A DNA stretch of 64,000 bases from Eubacteriales bacterium (GCA_045593885.1 JAZNXN010000006.1:5283-69282), one strand, 5' to 3'. Shown: positions 47,488 to 57,227, counted from the first letter of the stretch. A program made the numbers and translations. Notes: generated from the sequence alone by a model not told the origin.

Positions 47488-48012
47488 TCAGGTGAGAAGA
47501 TTTGCTATCTTCGGCCTGATTTTTGCGTAGTAGAACCCCGCAACAAGCTCTATAACGTAGTCGTAGAGCAAAAATATGGGGGTGAGAACGAGATATACTA
47601 TCCAGATATGCGAGTAAATCCACGAGAGGTCCTCGAGCATAAAGAGCTTAGCCACCAGAAATAAAATTGCGGAGAGCATAAGCTCGAAGGACAAAACCCT
47701 CAGTATATACGAGAGAAGTCGCGGACGGATGGCGCAAAGATATCTCTTTATTATCGGATACAGACCGCCGAAAAGTATATACATAAGGGCAGTTTGCTTG
47801 TTCGGGATAATCAGAAAGGACAATACCGAGGTTGCCGCATAAACCATAAGGTTATAGGGCATACGCAGCTCAAAATCGGCAAGCATTACCGCAAAGGATG
47901 CGATAACCACGGCGCTGATATCCAAGACTCCCGTCAGCGCGCCGATATACATAATCGCAACGCTGAGGGCGGTGAGTATAGCGGAAAGGCTCAGCTTCTT
48001 CGTTCTTTTCAT
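47488..48012 (-). CDS. hypothetical polytopic membrane protein (S-component-like N-terminus)
   Basis: 174 aa, 5-6 TM helices; begins 4 nt after the stop of the J-domain gene. Confidence 0.55.
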   Translation of the reverse strand: MKRTKKLSLSAILTALSVAIMYIGALTGVLDISAVVIASFAVMLADFELRMPYNLMVYAATSVLSFLIIPNKQTALMYILFGGLYPIIKRYLCAIRPRLLSYILRVLSFELMLSAILFLVAKLFMLEDLSWIYSHIWIVYLVLTPIFLLYDYVIELVAGFYYAKIRPKIANLLT

Positions 48013-48015
48013 AGC

Positions 48016-48606
48016 TTAACAGCAGGAAATGAGGTCTGCACCCATACACTCGCAGCAGATATCCGCACACAGAAGTCCTGTACACATATCGCAGGTTGAG
48101 GTGCTGCCTGTGCGCTGAGGTCTGCCGTACGGAGCATAGCCACCGCCGAAGCCCTGAGTACGCTGATTGAACATCTCCTTCGCCTGCTGATATTCAAGAT
48201 TGTTCGGGTCCATTTCACACGCAAGCTCCAGCTCGCGCATAGCATCGTTCACCCAGCCGCGGCGGTTGAGCAGTACACTCTTTATATAATGCCATTCGCC
48301 GTTTCGCATATTCTGGGGTATGGCGTCAAGGTCGCGCTCGGCCTCGGAAAACCTGCCCGCCTTCACCTTCCGCCTTATAGCGATATAGTCGGCAGAGCCG
48401 TAGGTCGAGCCTGTGCGATGGCTCATAATCTCGTCGTAGGCATTGTTTATCTCCTGCATACGCTCCTCTGCCATTTTTGCCATATCGGGATCGTTATTGT
48501 AGTTGTCCGGGTGATATTTACGCGCGAGCTGACGGTAGGCGTTTTTAATCTCCGTATCAGTCGCATTCTCATTTACACCGAGAATTTCATAGGGTGATCT
48601 GTTCAT
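48016..48606 (-). CDS. J-domain protein with Cys-rich C-terminal tail
   Basis: SPYEILGV...AYRQLARKYHPDN (HPD motif), a TPR-like middle, and tail TCDMCTGLLCADICCECMGADLISCC. ATG 48606 follows AGGAG. Confidence 0.8.
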   Translation of the reverse strand: MNRSPYEILGVNENATDTEIKNAYRQLARKYHPDNYNNDPDMAKMAEERMQEINNAYDEIMSHRTGSTYGSADYIAIRRKVKAGRFSEAERDLDAIPQNMRNGEWHYIKSVLLNRRGWVNDAMRELELACEMDPNNLEYQQAKEMFNQRTQGFGGGYAPYGRPQRTGSTSTCDMCTGLLCADICCECMGADLISCC

Positions 48607-49486
48607 TTTTGTTCTCCTTTCGAGAGAGCTTTCCCTCATACCCCTTGCATATTCTGTCAAGCTCGCGGGTAAGTCCGAGGTAAAGTGTATTTTTTATTAT
48701 GTGCTCGACGGCATCTCGTCCGTCAAAATTTATTCTGAGAATCTCGCTCTCGAGCGCGGACAGCTCGAGCATTATGCCTGAGCGTGCCGTATCAAGCTTA
48801 TCACAAAGTCCGTCTTTTCCGTACAGACACGCATATGGGTTGTACGAGCCGTTTTTCACATCGCGTCGGTAATCGTCGAGCGCGTCAAGCTCGTATATAA
48901 CCTTACCGAGTCGGTAGCCGATGCCGTGAGCTATATCAGCGCGCGCACCCTCAATTCCATATGAGAATATCCGCGCAAGCAGCTCGCCGAACACGTCGGC
49001 AACCATATCAACGCTCTGCTCACGTTCTGCCTCGTACTCGGAAAGCCTCCTTATATCCCTTGCCGCATCCTCGCAGAGGGACAGAAGCCTCGCCCTCCTC
49101 TTTGCGTTTGCGAATACGGGCAGGGCCATATAGCAGGCAATACGCTTGAGAAATCCCGAATCGGCAATATCATCCTTGATTTTGAGATAGGACAACACCG
49201 CTGCGCTGCGAGCCGCGTAGTCAAGCTCGGGGTGGATAACCATATTGCGCTTACGCAGGGGGTGCGCTATGCACCTGTGGCGCTCTACCCTGAGCGTTTC
49301 GTCCTCGCCCTCGCCAAGAGCCATTCTGGTTAGCGAAAGGAACACAAAATCGTAGCTGAGCGAGAAGGATGAAAGACACCCCGTGCATTTTTTCATAGCC
49401 CGGCAGGTGCCGCAGTATATTGCCTTATAAAGCTCATACTCTCGCACGAGCAGCTCGTCACTGTTAACCTTCACGTAGCCGAACAT
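48587..49486 (-). CDS. conserved hypothetical protein with N-terminal MFGYV...YCGTC..CTGC motif
   Basis: 299 aa from ATG 49486 (alternative starts at 49498/49501). The 3' end overlaps the J-domain gene start by 20 nt. I recall similar clostridial proteins annotated as a DUF family; this is unverified. Confidence 0.6.
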   Translation of the reverse strand: MFGYVKVNSDELLVREYELYKAIYCGTCRAMKKCTGCLSSFSLSYDFVFLSLTRMALGEGEDETLRVERHRCIAHPLRKRNMVIHPELDYAARSAAVLSYLKIKDDIADSGFLKRIACYMALPVFANAKRRARLLSLCEDAARDIRRLSEYEAEREQSVDMVADVFGELLARIFSYGIEGARADIAHGIGYRLGKVIYELDALDDYRRDVKNGSYNPYACLYGKDGLCDKLDTARSGIMLELSALESEILRINFDGRDAVEHIIKNTLYLGLTRELDRICKGYEGKLSRKENKNEQITL

Positions 49487-49656
49487 AGCATTCCCCATCA
49501 TTTTATAGTATTACAAATACCATTATACCACATAAATATAATTTTGTGTGAATAATTATATAATTTAACAAAAAATTTTTAATTCAAGCATTTTTTGGCT
49601 CTTGGGGAATATTTTTTTCGGTTGCGGAAAGAATATAAGAAAAAGGGGGGCGTTTT

Positions 49657-50091
49657 ATGATAGAAAACGATACAGTAAAGCTCTTGCGCGAATGTGATGC
49701 CGGAATCAGAATGGGTATTGATTCGATGATAGATATGCTCGAATACGCAAGAGATGATAGACTCAGGCAGACGATAACAGGCTCCATCGGGGAGCACGAG
49801 AGGCTGGAAAGAGAGGTCGAGGAGCTTTTGCACGAGTACAAGGATGAGGGCAAGGCACCGAGCCCTATGGCAGTAGGAATGTCGCATATGAAGACTAAAA
49901 TGAAGATGATGTCAAAAAAGAAGGACGAGAAGGTTGCCGACCTCATCACCGACGGCTGCAATATGGGGGTTAAGAGTCTCAACCGTTATCTCAATCAGTA
50001 CGAGGCGGCGAGCGAGAGAACGAAGGATATAGCAAAGAAGCTGATAAATCTCGAAAAGAGCCTTGCCGACAGCGTTTGCTCCTACCTTTAA
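49657..50091 (+). CDS. hypothetical helical protein
   Basis: 144 aa, GGGGGG RBS, predicted all-alpha with a K/M-rich middle loop; no motif recognised. Confidence 0.55.
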   Translation: MIENDTVKLLRECDAGIRMGIDSMIDMLEYARDDRLRQTITGSIGEHERLEREVEELLHEYKDEGKAPSPMAVGMSHMKTKMKMMSKKKDEKVADLITDGCNMGVKSLNRYLNQYEAASERTKDIAKKLINLEKSLADSVCSYL

Positions 50092-50103
50092 CAGTATAAC
50101 GAT

Positions 50104-50147
50104 AAAAGAACCGCTTTTGCCTAAGTGCCCAAGCGGTGTCTTTTTTG
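50104..50147 (+). terminator. intrinsic terminator
   Basis: ACCGCTT...AAGCGGT followed by GTCTTTTTT. Confidence 0.5.
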
Positions 50148-50213
50148 TTCTTGAAGGTGTCATATTTTTATGCCGTCTAAAATATCATATAGTAAAAATA
50201 TTCGGAGGACTAT

Positions 50214-51515
50214 ATGAAGAAAAAAATCATTATCTCTCTCGTTGCCGTTATAGCGGTGGCTGTCGGCATTGGTGCCTTCCTCGGTATTTCTCCCGAGTTT
50301 GGACAGGGCAAGCTATCCTTCGCAGCATCGGTGCTTGCCGAGGATTATTCTATGATAAAGAGTGCAAAAATCGGCGAGGATATCTCGTTTTCCAAGAGCG
50401 ATTTTGAAAAGACACTGGGCGTTGATCGTATGTGTGACATAACCATAACCGAGCTCCCTGATGAGAGCGAGGGAATTCTGAAGGTCGGGGATATGAAAAT
50501 CTCTGTCGGAGATACCGTATCCGCAGATTCGCTCGATATGCTGGTATTCACACCCACGTCCGTTTCAAATGAAAGCTCCTTTTCCTTCACCGCCTGCGGC
50601 TATATGGGCGGCGCGGAGCTTAAATGCCGACTGCTCCAAAGGGACAGGGATAACACCGCGCCCACGGTTGGCAGTGCCAGCATCAGCGTATCAACGCATA
50701 AGAACATAAGCATCTGGGGCAGAATGGACTCGGTTGACCCCGAAAATGACAAGACCGAGTATTTCATTGTTTCCTTCCCCGAAAAGGGACAGCTGGAAAT
50801 TCTGTCGGACTTTGGTGATTTCAAGTATACTCCCAAGGCGGATTACACGGGAAACGACAGCTTTTCCTACATAGTGCGCGATGCGTGGGGCAGCTTTTCG
50901 GATATTGCTACGGTGAGCATAAAGGTTGAAAGCAATAAAATAGACCTCGAATACCTCGATATGCTCGACTGCTCCGCATATAACGCGGCTCTTTCGCTCG
51001 CGAGTGAGGGAATTATGCTCGGCGAGCTGTCAGGTGACGGAATGTACTTTATGCCCGCCGAATCGGTGAGCCGAGAGGACTTTGTTGCTATGGCGATGAA
51101 GGCGGCAGGAATTGACAAAATAGATGGACTTGCAAATAGCTGCTTTGACGATGATTCGGAAATTTCGGATAGCCTTCGCCCGTATATTGCAACAGCACAG
51201 AAGCTCGGCTACGTTAACGGCTCGTTTGAGGGTGACGGACTTTATTTCAGGCCAAAGAGTGCTATAACGCGCGCAGAAGCAGCAGTTATCGTAACAAACA
51301 TGCTCGGTCTGTCGGTCAGCACCTCGGCTACTCCTGATTTTTCGGATATTGAGGATATACCCACTTGGGCAAAAAGCTCTGTTATTGCGGTGTATGAAAA
51401 TAAGCTGTTCAATGCCACCGCCCTTGACGAAATGACCATAGATGCAAACGGCGACCTGACACGCGCTCAAGCTGCTGAGGCACTGTATGCAATAATGAAC
51501 GGCTCACTGTCTTAA
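50214..51515 (+). CDS. cell-surface protein with Ig/cadherin-like domain and C-terminal SLH repeats
   Basis: Signal/TM N-terminus. ...DPENDKTEYFIV..GQLE..FKYTPKADYTGNDSFSYIVRDAWG.. (cadherin-like tandem motif). Three SLH-like segments follow (..REDFVAMAMKAAGI.., ..ITRAEAAVIVTNMLGL.., ..LTRAQAAEALYAI). Confidence 0.8.
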   Translation: MKKKIIISLVAVIAVAVGIGAFLGISPEFGQGKLSFAASVLAEDYSMIKSAKIGEDISFSKSDFEKTLGVDRMCDITITELPDESEGILKVGDMKISVGDTVSADSLDMLVFTPTSVSNESSFSFTACGYMGGAELKCRLLQRDRDNTAPTVGSASISVSTHKNISIWGRMDSVDPENDKTEYFIVSFPEKGQLEILSDFGDFKYTPKADYTGNDSFSYIVRDAWGSFSDIATVSIKVESNKIDLEYLDMLDCSAYNAALSLASEGIMLGELSGDGMYFMPAESVSREDFVAMAMKAAGIDKIDGLANSCFDDDSEISDSLRPYIATAQKLGYVNGSFEGDGLYFRPKSAITRAEAAVIVTNMLGLSVSTSATPDFSDIEDIPTWAKSSVIAVYENKLFNATALDEMTIDANGDLTRAQAAEALYAIMNGSLS

Positions 51516-51584
51516 AAAAGGTATTGAAAAGTTCCCTGAAATGTGATATCATATATCTGAGCCTTAATAAAGGGGGACTATTTT

Positions 51585-51977
51585 ATGAATTACAACGGAT
51601 TTGACCCGAATAACGGGCAGAACGGACAGTACGACCAAAACGGTCAGGGCAATCAGGGTTATCAAGGTTATCAGTATAACAACCAGCCGCTATGGCAGAT
51701 GTATGCACCGAATTTCGACCCATACTTTTACACAAGGCAAAAGCAACAGCTCGGATACTCAATCGCCTCGTTGATTTCAGGAGTTCTTTCGATAATTCTG
51801 TGCTTTCTGTCATTTATATCTACAATACTGCCCACCATGGCAATCGCTCTTGCAATCGTTGCGAGGATAAACAATAAAAGGTTTGACGCGATGGCAATTG
51901 CAGGACTCGTGTGCGGAATTGTCGGATATGCTTTGTCAATTTTTCTGATGGTATTTTTGTTTCTGTTAATGCTGTAA
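51585..51977 (+). CDS. small membrane protein with Q/N/G-rich N-terminus and two TM helices (DUF4190-like)
   Basis: MNYNGFDPNNGQNGQYDQNGQGNQGYQGYQYNNQ..., then two hydrophobic helices; GGGGGA RBS. Confidence 0.6.
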   Translation: MNYNGFDPNNGQNGQYDQNGQGNQGYQGYQYNNQPLWQMYAPNFDPYFYTRQKQQLGYSIASLISGVLSIILCFLSFISTILPTMAIALAIVARINNKRFDAMAIAGLVCGIVGYALSIFLMVFLFLLML

Positions 51978-51980
51978 AAC

Positions 51981-52013
51981 AGAAAGCAGGCACTACCCGT
52001 GCCTGCTTTTTTA
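51981..52013. terminator. intrinsic terminator
   Basis: AGCAGGCAC-taccc-GTGCCTGCT-TTTTT. Confidence 0.75.
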
Positions 52014-52028
52014 TGATAAACGGTGAGG

Positions 52029-52078
52029 CGTTTTCACGCCCCACCGTTTTCGTTTACGGTTATGCCAAAAGGCACCGT
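52029..52078 (+). repeat. diverged partial copy (D) of the 3' module of the MITE-like repeat
   Basis: Hairpin CGGTGAGGCG-tttt-CACGCCCCACCG, then TTTTCGTTTACGGTTATGCCAAAAG. Compare CCTCACTTTTTTGTTTGCGGTTATGCCAAAATG in copies A-C. It abuts the stop of a minus-strand gene, as copies B and C do. Confidence 0.5.
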
Positions 52079-52081
52079 TTC

Positions 52082-55000
52082 TTAATTATCCTCGGAGTAG
52101 AAGATGACCTTCGCTATCCAGTAGTGAGAGTCCATATACCACTCGTTCGGCTTATTCTGCTTGAGATATGCCGCTGCGTCGTAGATAGAGGTGCTCTCGC
52201 CAAGATTTGTGCTGATGCAATCTACGTAGTTGATAAAGCTCGTTTCCTCACCCTCAAATACGATGAATGCGCGGTACATATAATCCTGAGTGAACGCACT
52301 CTTATAGCTATTAACGCCTACGTCGTGCATTGAATTGTTCACTCCGTAGATGTCAAGGGTTGAATCTGCAACCTGTGCCTTCGTTTCCGCGCTGACCGCA
52401 AAGCTTGGGTTATGCATTACGACGGTTGCGTTTTCTGCCGTAGAGATATACTTGTTACCCGAAAGCATTACCGTAATATCCGAAATATCGTCGGTTGCAT
52501 TTGCGAATACGTACCCGATAGCGACAATGTCGTAGTGCTGGTCACCGAAGGTGTAGCCTGCGCTGATATTTGACGCATCGTGTGCAAAGAGTGCGCGGAT
52601 AGCCGCGTAATCGGTTACTCTGAGCTGATAGCCCTGGAACTTAACGAACTGCGTTGTGTCCATAGACTCCTTTGCCTTCGCCGCCTTCGCATATTTAACT
52701 ACCGAGTCTGCATTGTCTGCCAGCTGAGCCGCCTGCGATGCAAGAAGAACTGCCTTATCGGAATTCTCAACTGCCTTCGGCAGATTATCGTTTACTATGT
52801 TCATGTTGGCGAACAGCGTTGCTATGTCGCTCGTTGCCTGAGCTGCGGTATTTGCATCCTTCGCTGCGGACTCTGCCGCAACGACTGTTGCGTTGAGCTC
52901 GTCAACGCTGATCTTGCCGCTTGCAACCTTCGCTATCATATTATCAAGCTGAGCTATCGAATCGGTTATGATGTCGATTGCGCCCTGAAGTCCCTCAACC
53001 TCTGCTATAAGGCTGTTCAAATTATCCTTATTTGCGTCAAGGCTATCAATAACCGCCTGAAGATTTGAAACTGCAGCTGCGGATGCGTTCTTCGACTCAA
53101 GAATGGTGTTGTAGGATGCAAGCACCTGAGCCTTCGCCTCGTCGATGTTGGTTGCCGCGAGGGCCGCAACACGATCGTCAATAGCCTTCTGCATAACGCC
53201 TATCTGTGTTGTGTTTACAGCGCCGAGGCTGTAGCCTACAAAATTATTAAGGAAGGATTCGGTAAGAGCCGCCGCTCCGTAGGGCAGAAGCTCCGATACG
53301 TCAAGTCTGTAATGAAGCGCGAGGTCTGCAAAATGGTTCTGAAGCATCTGCTGGTCGGTGAGCGAGCAATCGTACAGACGCAGATAGTAGGTGTACTTGC
53401 CGCACTCGATTGTGTGAGCGGCAGAAGCGTTGCTGGGCTGGAAATCATAGGTCTTAACATCTCCGCCCGCAAAGAGAACCTTCGCGTTATTTGCCGTCGT
53501 TCCGTCCTCGTTCACAAGGATTCTCAAGGTGTTTTCAAACTGATTTTCGTTGTTTATGTAGAAGCTCTCGTGTACGTAATGAATGGTCGAGCCAGCGGGA
53601 AGATTCAAATGCTTCCATGCACCGAGGTTGTGATGGGTACCGGTGCCAAACTCCTCAATCTTGGTTCCGCCTGCGTGAACGCGGAAGGTACCGATTCCTG
53701 ATGAGCCGTTATAGCTGTACAGATGTATATTAAAGTCGGTTTTTGAGGTCTGATTGTATTTTTCCTGATACTCAGCGTGATAAACATGAGATATACGCTC
53801 AATAGAGTAGGTTCCGTAGGTATTGTCAACCTGAAGGTCGGTCTTGGGAAGATGGAAGGTTTCGTAGGTTACGTGCTGATTCAGAAATTCAATTTCAGCA
53901 GCGCTATTGCCCTTTTCAAGGTCATTTACGCCCTCGAATTTGTAATGAAGCGCTTCCTTATCGAACACAGCGCCGAAGAACACACCTACGTTCTTGTCGT
54001 CCTGCCATGTTTCGCTGTAGGTAACGAAGCCGTCGCTGTTAACGCCTATTGAGCCTGTTGAGGAGGTTCCGAGCACGTAGTACTTACCTGCGTTCTTACC
54101 GCCTATTATTTTAATGAAGTTGTGGTAGTCGCGCATACCCGTCGCAGGGCTTGCACCGTCAACAAGGAGAAGCGCGTTGTCAACCTCATCCTCAAAGGAT
54201 GCGGAATCCTGGCTGACGATATCTGCGTCCTCAATTCCGCTGAGAGCAACGAATGAGATAAGGTGACCGTCATCATAATAGAGTGATTTATATGCATTGT
54301 AAACGGTTTCAATATTATCTCTGGGAGGTGCCGCGTATCTGTTGTGAGTATCGTCGAGAATCTTCTGCATCTCTGCAATCTCGGCTGCATAATCCTCAGC
54401 GTCGTTTCCTACCTGATAGTTCACAAACTTTCCGTAGAAGCTCGCCATGCTGACCTTGCCCGAATCTGCCCAGAGGCTTATCGACTCGGGAATATCAAGA
54501 CCGTAGTAGTACGCGAGGTCCGCAAAGTGGTTCCGGTTTACCTCGAGTCCGGATATACCTCTTGAATATATACGGAAGCTGCTGTAATTGAATATGGTAG
54601 CATCAAGAAGCGGCATCGATTTGGTGTAGTTGCCTGATACAGGATTGATTGTTGTGCTTACCGTCGTGTTGTAATTGGTGCTCGTAGAGAGTTTGTCAAC
54701 AGCCGTGTATGTGTTGTTTATAGCGAACTGAGCCTCAAAGCTTGAGTCACTCGATGCAAGCGAGGTATGATTAATTGTATAGAAAATGTTAATTGGGGTC
54801 GCAACCGTAGCACTCATGTTGGTAACGGTAACGTACGTACCGAAGTTATGCTCCTGCTTGGTGCCCAAAATCATCTTGGTTACCGATTTGTCAAGCTTGA
54901 TAGAGCCGAGAACGTTGGTGCCGTACATACCGCGCATGAAATATGCCTTGTATTTCTGCTCAACGGTGCCGTTCTGCTCTGCGTCAGTAATTCCGGGAAG

Positions 55001-55642
55001 GGCAGATACCATATCCATAATTGCGTTTGCCTGCATAGAGAAGCCGCCGTAGTAGCCGCTGCTGTCCGCAGCCGTTGCAACGTAGTAGAAATCGGTCTGA
55101 GTTCCGTATACAACCGTTCCGTAGCCCGAGGTTCCGCTGAGGCGGGTGATACCGCCAATCTGTCCGTTAGCCGAGCCTGACTCGTAATATGCACCCAGAT
55201 GTACACCGACTCTGTCCGTCGAGGTTAGGGCAGAGGCAGAGGTCGTATATCCCGTGAATTTGAGGGTTCCGTTTGCGTCGGGGCCGATAGCTCCGCTGGG
55301 TGCGGTGAGCATAAGGTACTTATCCTTGAGCGCACCGTCAAGAACCTTGATAAAGTAGTGTCCCTTACCCTCGGTTGTACCGTCGGTTACGGTACCCTGA
55401 ATGAACACGTCGTTTTCATCGTAGGAATCACCCGTGCCGGTGTTTTCGGATGTTATGCCCGTAAAATCGACGTAGGCATAGAGTCCGTCGCTAACCCAGA
55501 GGTCCTTATATCCCTCGTAGGTTTTGTCAGTTCTGTACGTGATGGTATCAGTTCCATCTGCAAAGGCGGTGAGGGCCACTGCGGGAATGATGGAAATAAC
55601 CATAAGCACTGCGAGCAATATGCTCAAAATTCTTTTTTTCAT
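52082..55642 (-). CDS. 1186-aa secreted protein: two tandem ~400-aa modules each ending in a LamG-like motif, Ala-rich coiled coil, unknown C-terminal domain
   Basis: Start moved to ATG 55642 (AGGAG RBS). Signal peptide MKKRILSILLAVLMVISIIPAVALTAFA. Internal duplication (see finding). Confidence 0.75.
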   Translation of the reverse strand: MKKRILSILLAVLMVISIIPAVALTAFADGTDTITYRTDKTYEGYKDLWVSDGLYAYVDFTGITSENTGTGDSYDENDVFIQGTVTDGTTEGKGHYFIKVLDGALKDKYLMLTAPSGAIGPDANGTLKFTGYTTSASALTSTDRVGVHLGAYYESGSANGQIGGITRLSGTSGYGTVVYGTQTDFYYVATAADSSGYYGGFSMQANAIMDMVSALPGITDAEQNGTVEQKYKAYFMRGMYGTNVLGSIKLDKSVTKMILGTKQEHNFGTYVTVTNMSATVATPINIFYTINHTSLASSDSSFEAQFAINNTYTAVDKLSTSTNYNTTVSTTINPVSGNYTKSMPLLDATIFNYSSFRIYSRGISGLEVNRNHFADLAYYYGLDIPESISLWADSGKVSMASFYGKFVNYQVGNDAEDYAAEIAEMQKILDDTHNRYAAPPRDNIETVYNAYKSLYYDDGHLISFVALSGIEDADIVSQDSASFEDEVDNALLLVDGASPATGMRDYHNFIKIIGGKNAGKYYVLGTSSTGSIGVNSDGFVTYSETWQDDKNVGVFFGAVFDKEALHYKFEGVNDLEKGNSAAEIEFLNQHVTYETFHLPKTDLQVDNTYGTYSIERISHVYHAEYQEKYNQTSKTDFNIHLYSYNGSSGIGTFRVHAGGTKIEEFGTGTHHNLGAWKHLNLPAGSTIHYVHESFYINNENQFENTLRILVNEDGTTANNAKVLFAGGDVKTYDFQPSNASAAHTIECGKYTYYLRLYDCSLTDQQMLQNHFADLALHYRLDVSELLPYGAAALTESFLNNFVGYSLGAVNTTQIGVMQKAIDDRVAALAATNIDEAKAQVLASYNTILESKNASAAAVSNLQAVIDSLDANKDNLNSLIAEVEGLQGAIDIITDSIAQLDNMIAKVASGKISVDELNATVVAAESAAKDANTAAQATSDIATLFANMNIVNDNLPKAVENSDKAVLLASQAAQLADNADSVVKYAKAAKAKESMDTTQFVKFQGYQLRVTDYAAIRALFAHDASNISAGYTFGDQHYDIVAIGYVFANATDDISDITVMLSGNKYISTAENATVVMHNPSFAVSAETKAQVADSTLDIYGVNNSMHDVGVNSYKSAFTQDYMYRAFIVFEGEETSFINYVDCISTNLGESTSIYDAAAYLKQNKPNEWYMDSHYWIAKVIFYSEDN

Positions 55643-55679
55643 AATTTTCTCCTTATTATAAAAATTATTCACCGCTATA

Positions 55680-55708
55680 ATTTTATCATTAAGAAATCAA
55701 ATTGTCAA
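55680..55708 (-). promoter_or_regulatory. promoter TTGACA-17-TAAAAT for the 1186-aa protein gene
   Basis: Minus strand: -35 at 55708-55703, -10 at 55685-55680. Confidence 0.55.
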
Positions 55709-55783
55709 CAAGCTTGCCGTAATTTCGGCAGTATGTACAATTGAGGGCATAATTTTTTGTGCAAAACATAGATTAGCGGCGTT

Positions 55784-55817
55784 GAAAAAAGGGCGCAGAA
55801 TTCGTCTTCTGCGCCCG
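55784..55817 (-). terminator. terminator after mnmE
   Basis: GGGCGCAGAA-gacgaa-TTCTGCGCCC-TTTTTT on the minus strand. Confidence 0.8.
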
Positions 55818-55843
55818 TACAGGCATAAATTCAGGCTCAAGGG

Positions 55844-57226
55844 CTACTTTCCGACGCAGAATCTTGCGAAAATTTCGCCGACTACGCTCTCGGATACCGC
55901 CCTGCCGTCAAGCTCGGATATCGCTCCGAGCGCAAGCTCGAGGTCAGATGATGCGACGTCGCAGGGAAAGCCCTGTTCAAACGCAGAGAGGGCGAGTCCG
56001 ATATGCTCACGCGCTCTCAGAAGCGAGGAGTGCTGACGTGCATTTGACACGACTGCATCACTTCCCACCTTGATTTTTTCATCAACGAACAGACGCTCAA
56101 TAATTGCGCGAAGCCCGTCCGCGCTCTTACCCTTAGCGCTCATTTCGACTGTGCTTTCAAACGAGCTTTTTATGGACTTGACGGTTTCGGGAAGGAGCAA
56201 AAGGTCGCTTTTATTGATGACGGCAACCGTGCTTTTACCCTGATTTTTCAACTGTGAAATAAGCTCATAATCCTCGTCCGTGAGGGGAATTGAGCCGTCA
56301 AAAACCGCTATTACCAGCTCCGCACCGTCTATCTGTCGGCGAGAACGCTCAACCCCTATTTTTTCAACGGGGTCCTCGGTTTTTCTCAGTCCTGCCGTAT
56401 CGGACAGATTGAGCATAACCGTACCGAGAGATACCCTCTCGCTAAGGACGTCGCGGGTGGTTCCCGCATACTCGGTGACTATCGCTCTGTCCTCACCTAA
56501 AAGAAGGTTATAGAGCGAGCTTTTTCCCGCGTTTGGCTTGCCGCAGATAACCGTGCTCACCCCCTCGTTGATTGCTCTTCCCGTCTTGTAGGTGGAAATG
56601 AGGGTGTCAAGTGCCTCGGATATCGCCGAAAGCTCCTTTTCTATCTCTGTGTCGGAGAGCTCTGCCAAATCCTCGTCGGGATAGTCGATTCTTGCAAAAA
56701 TACTGCTCATAAGGGTGAGCATATCTGCGCGCACCCTCTCGATTTCGGCGGATAATCTGCCTCTCGACTCGGCGGATGAGAGATGCACCTGCGCCATGCT
56801 TTTCGCATCAAGAAGGTCACCTATTGCCTCTGCCTCGGTCAAGGACATTTTGCCGTTGATGAAGGCACGGCGGGTGAACTCTCCCGCCTCTGCGTGAGCT
56901 GCGCCTGCGGTGAGGAGTGCGGTCAGAACCGCCTCGGTTACCAGCGTGCCGCCGTGACAGGAAATTTCCACGGTATCCTCGCCTGTATAGGTCGAGGGCG
57001 CGGGAAAATATACCGCCATACCGTCGTCGATTTTTTCGTTTGACATAACGATATCGCCGTATACCATACGCGCTCTGCCGTAATCGGAAAGCGCGCCGCC
57101 CCTCTTGGGGAAAAAGCATTTTTCTGCTATATTCAGCGCGTCAGCGCCGCTCATGCGTATAACGGCAACCCCACCCTTGCCGGGTGGGGTGGATATTGCC
57201 GCTACCGTTTTGGTAAAATCACTCAT
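55844..57226 (-). CDS. mnmE: tRNA modification GTPase MnmE
   Basis: IAAISTPPGKGGVAVIRMSG, G-domain GKPNAGKSSL, C-terminal CVGK. Confidence 0.95.
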   Translation of the reverse strand: MSDFTKTVAAISTPPGKGGVAVIRMSGADALNIAEKCFFPKRGGALSDYGRARMVYGDIVMSNEKIDDGMAVYFPAPSTYTGEDTVEISCHGGTLVTEAVLTALLTAGAAHAEAGEFTRRAFINGKMSLTEAEAIGDLLDAKSMAQVHLSSAESRGRLSAEIERVRADMLTLMSSIFARIDYPDEDLAELSDTEIEKELSAISEALDTLISTYKTGRAINEGVSTVICGKPNAGKSSLYNLLLGEDRAIVTEYAGTTRDVLSERVSLGTVMLNLSDTAGLRKTEDPVEKIGVERSRRQIDGAELVIAVFDGSIPLTDEDYELISQLKNQGKSTVAVINKSDLLLLPETVKSIKSSFESTVEMSAKGKSADGLRAIIERLFVDEKIKVGSDAVVSNARQHSSLLRAREHIGLALSAFEQGFPCDVASSDLELALGAISELDGRAVSESVVGEIFARFCVGK

Positions 57227-57227
57227 C

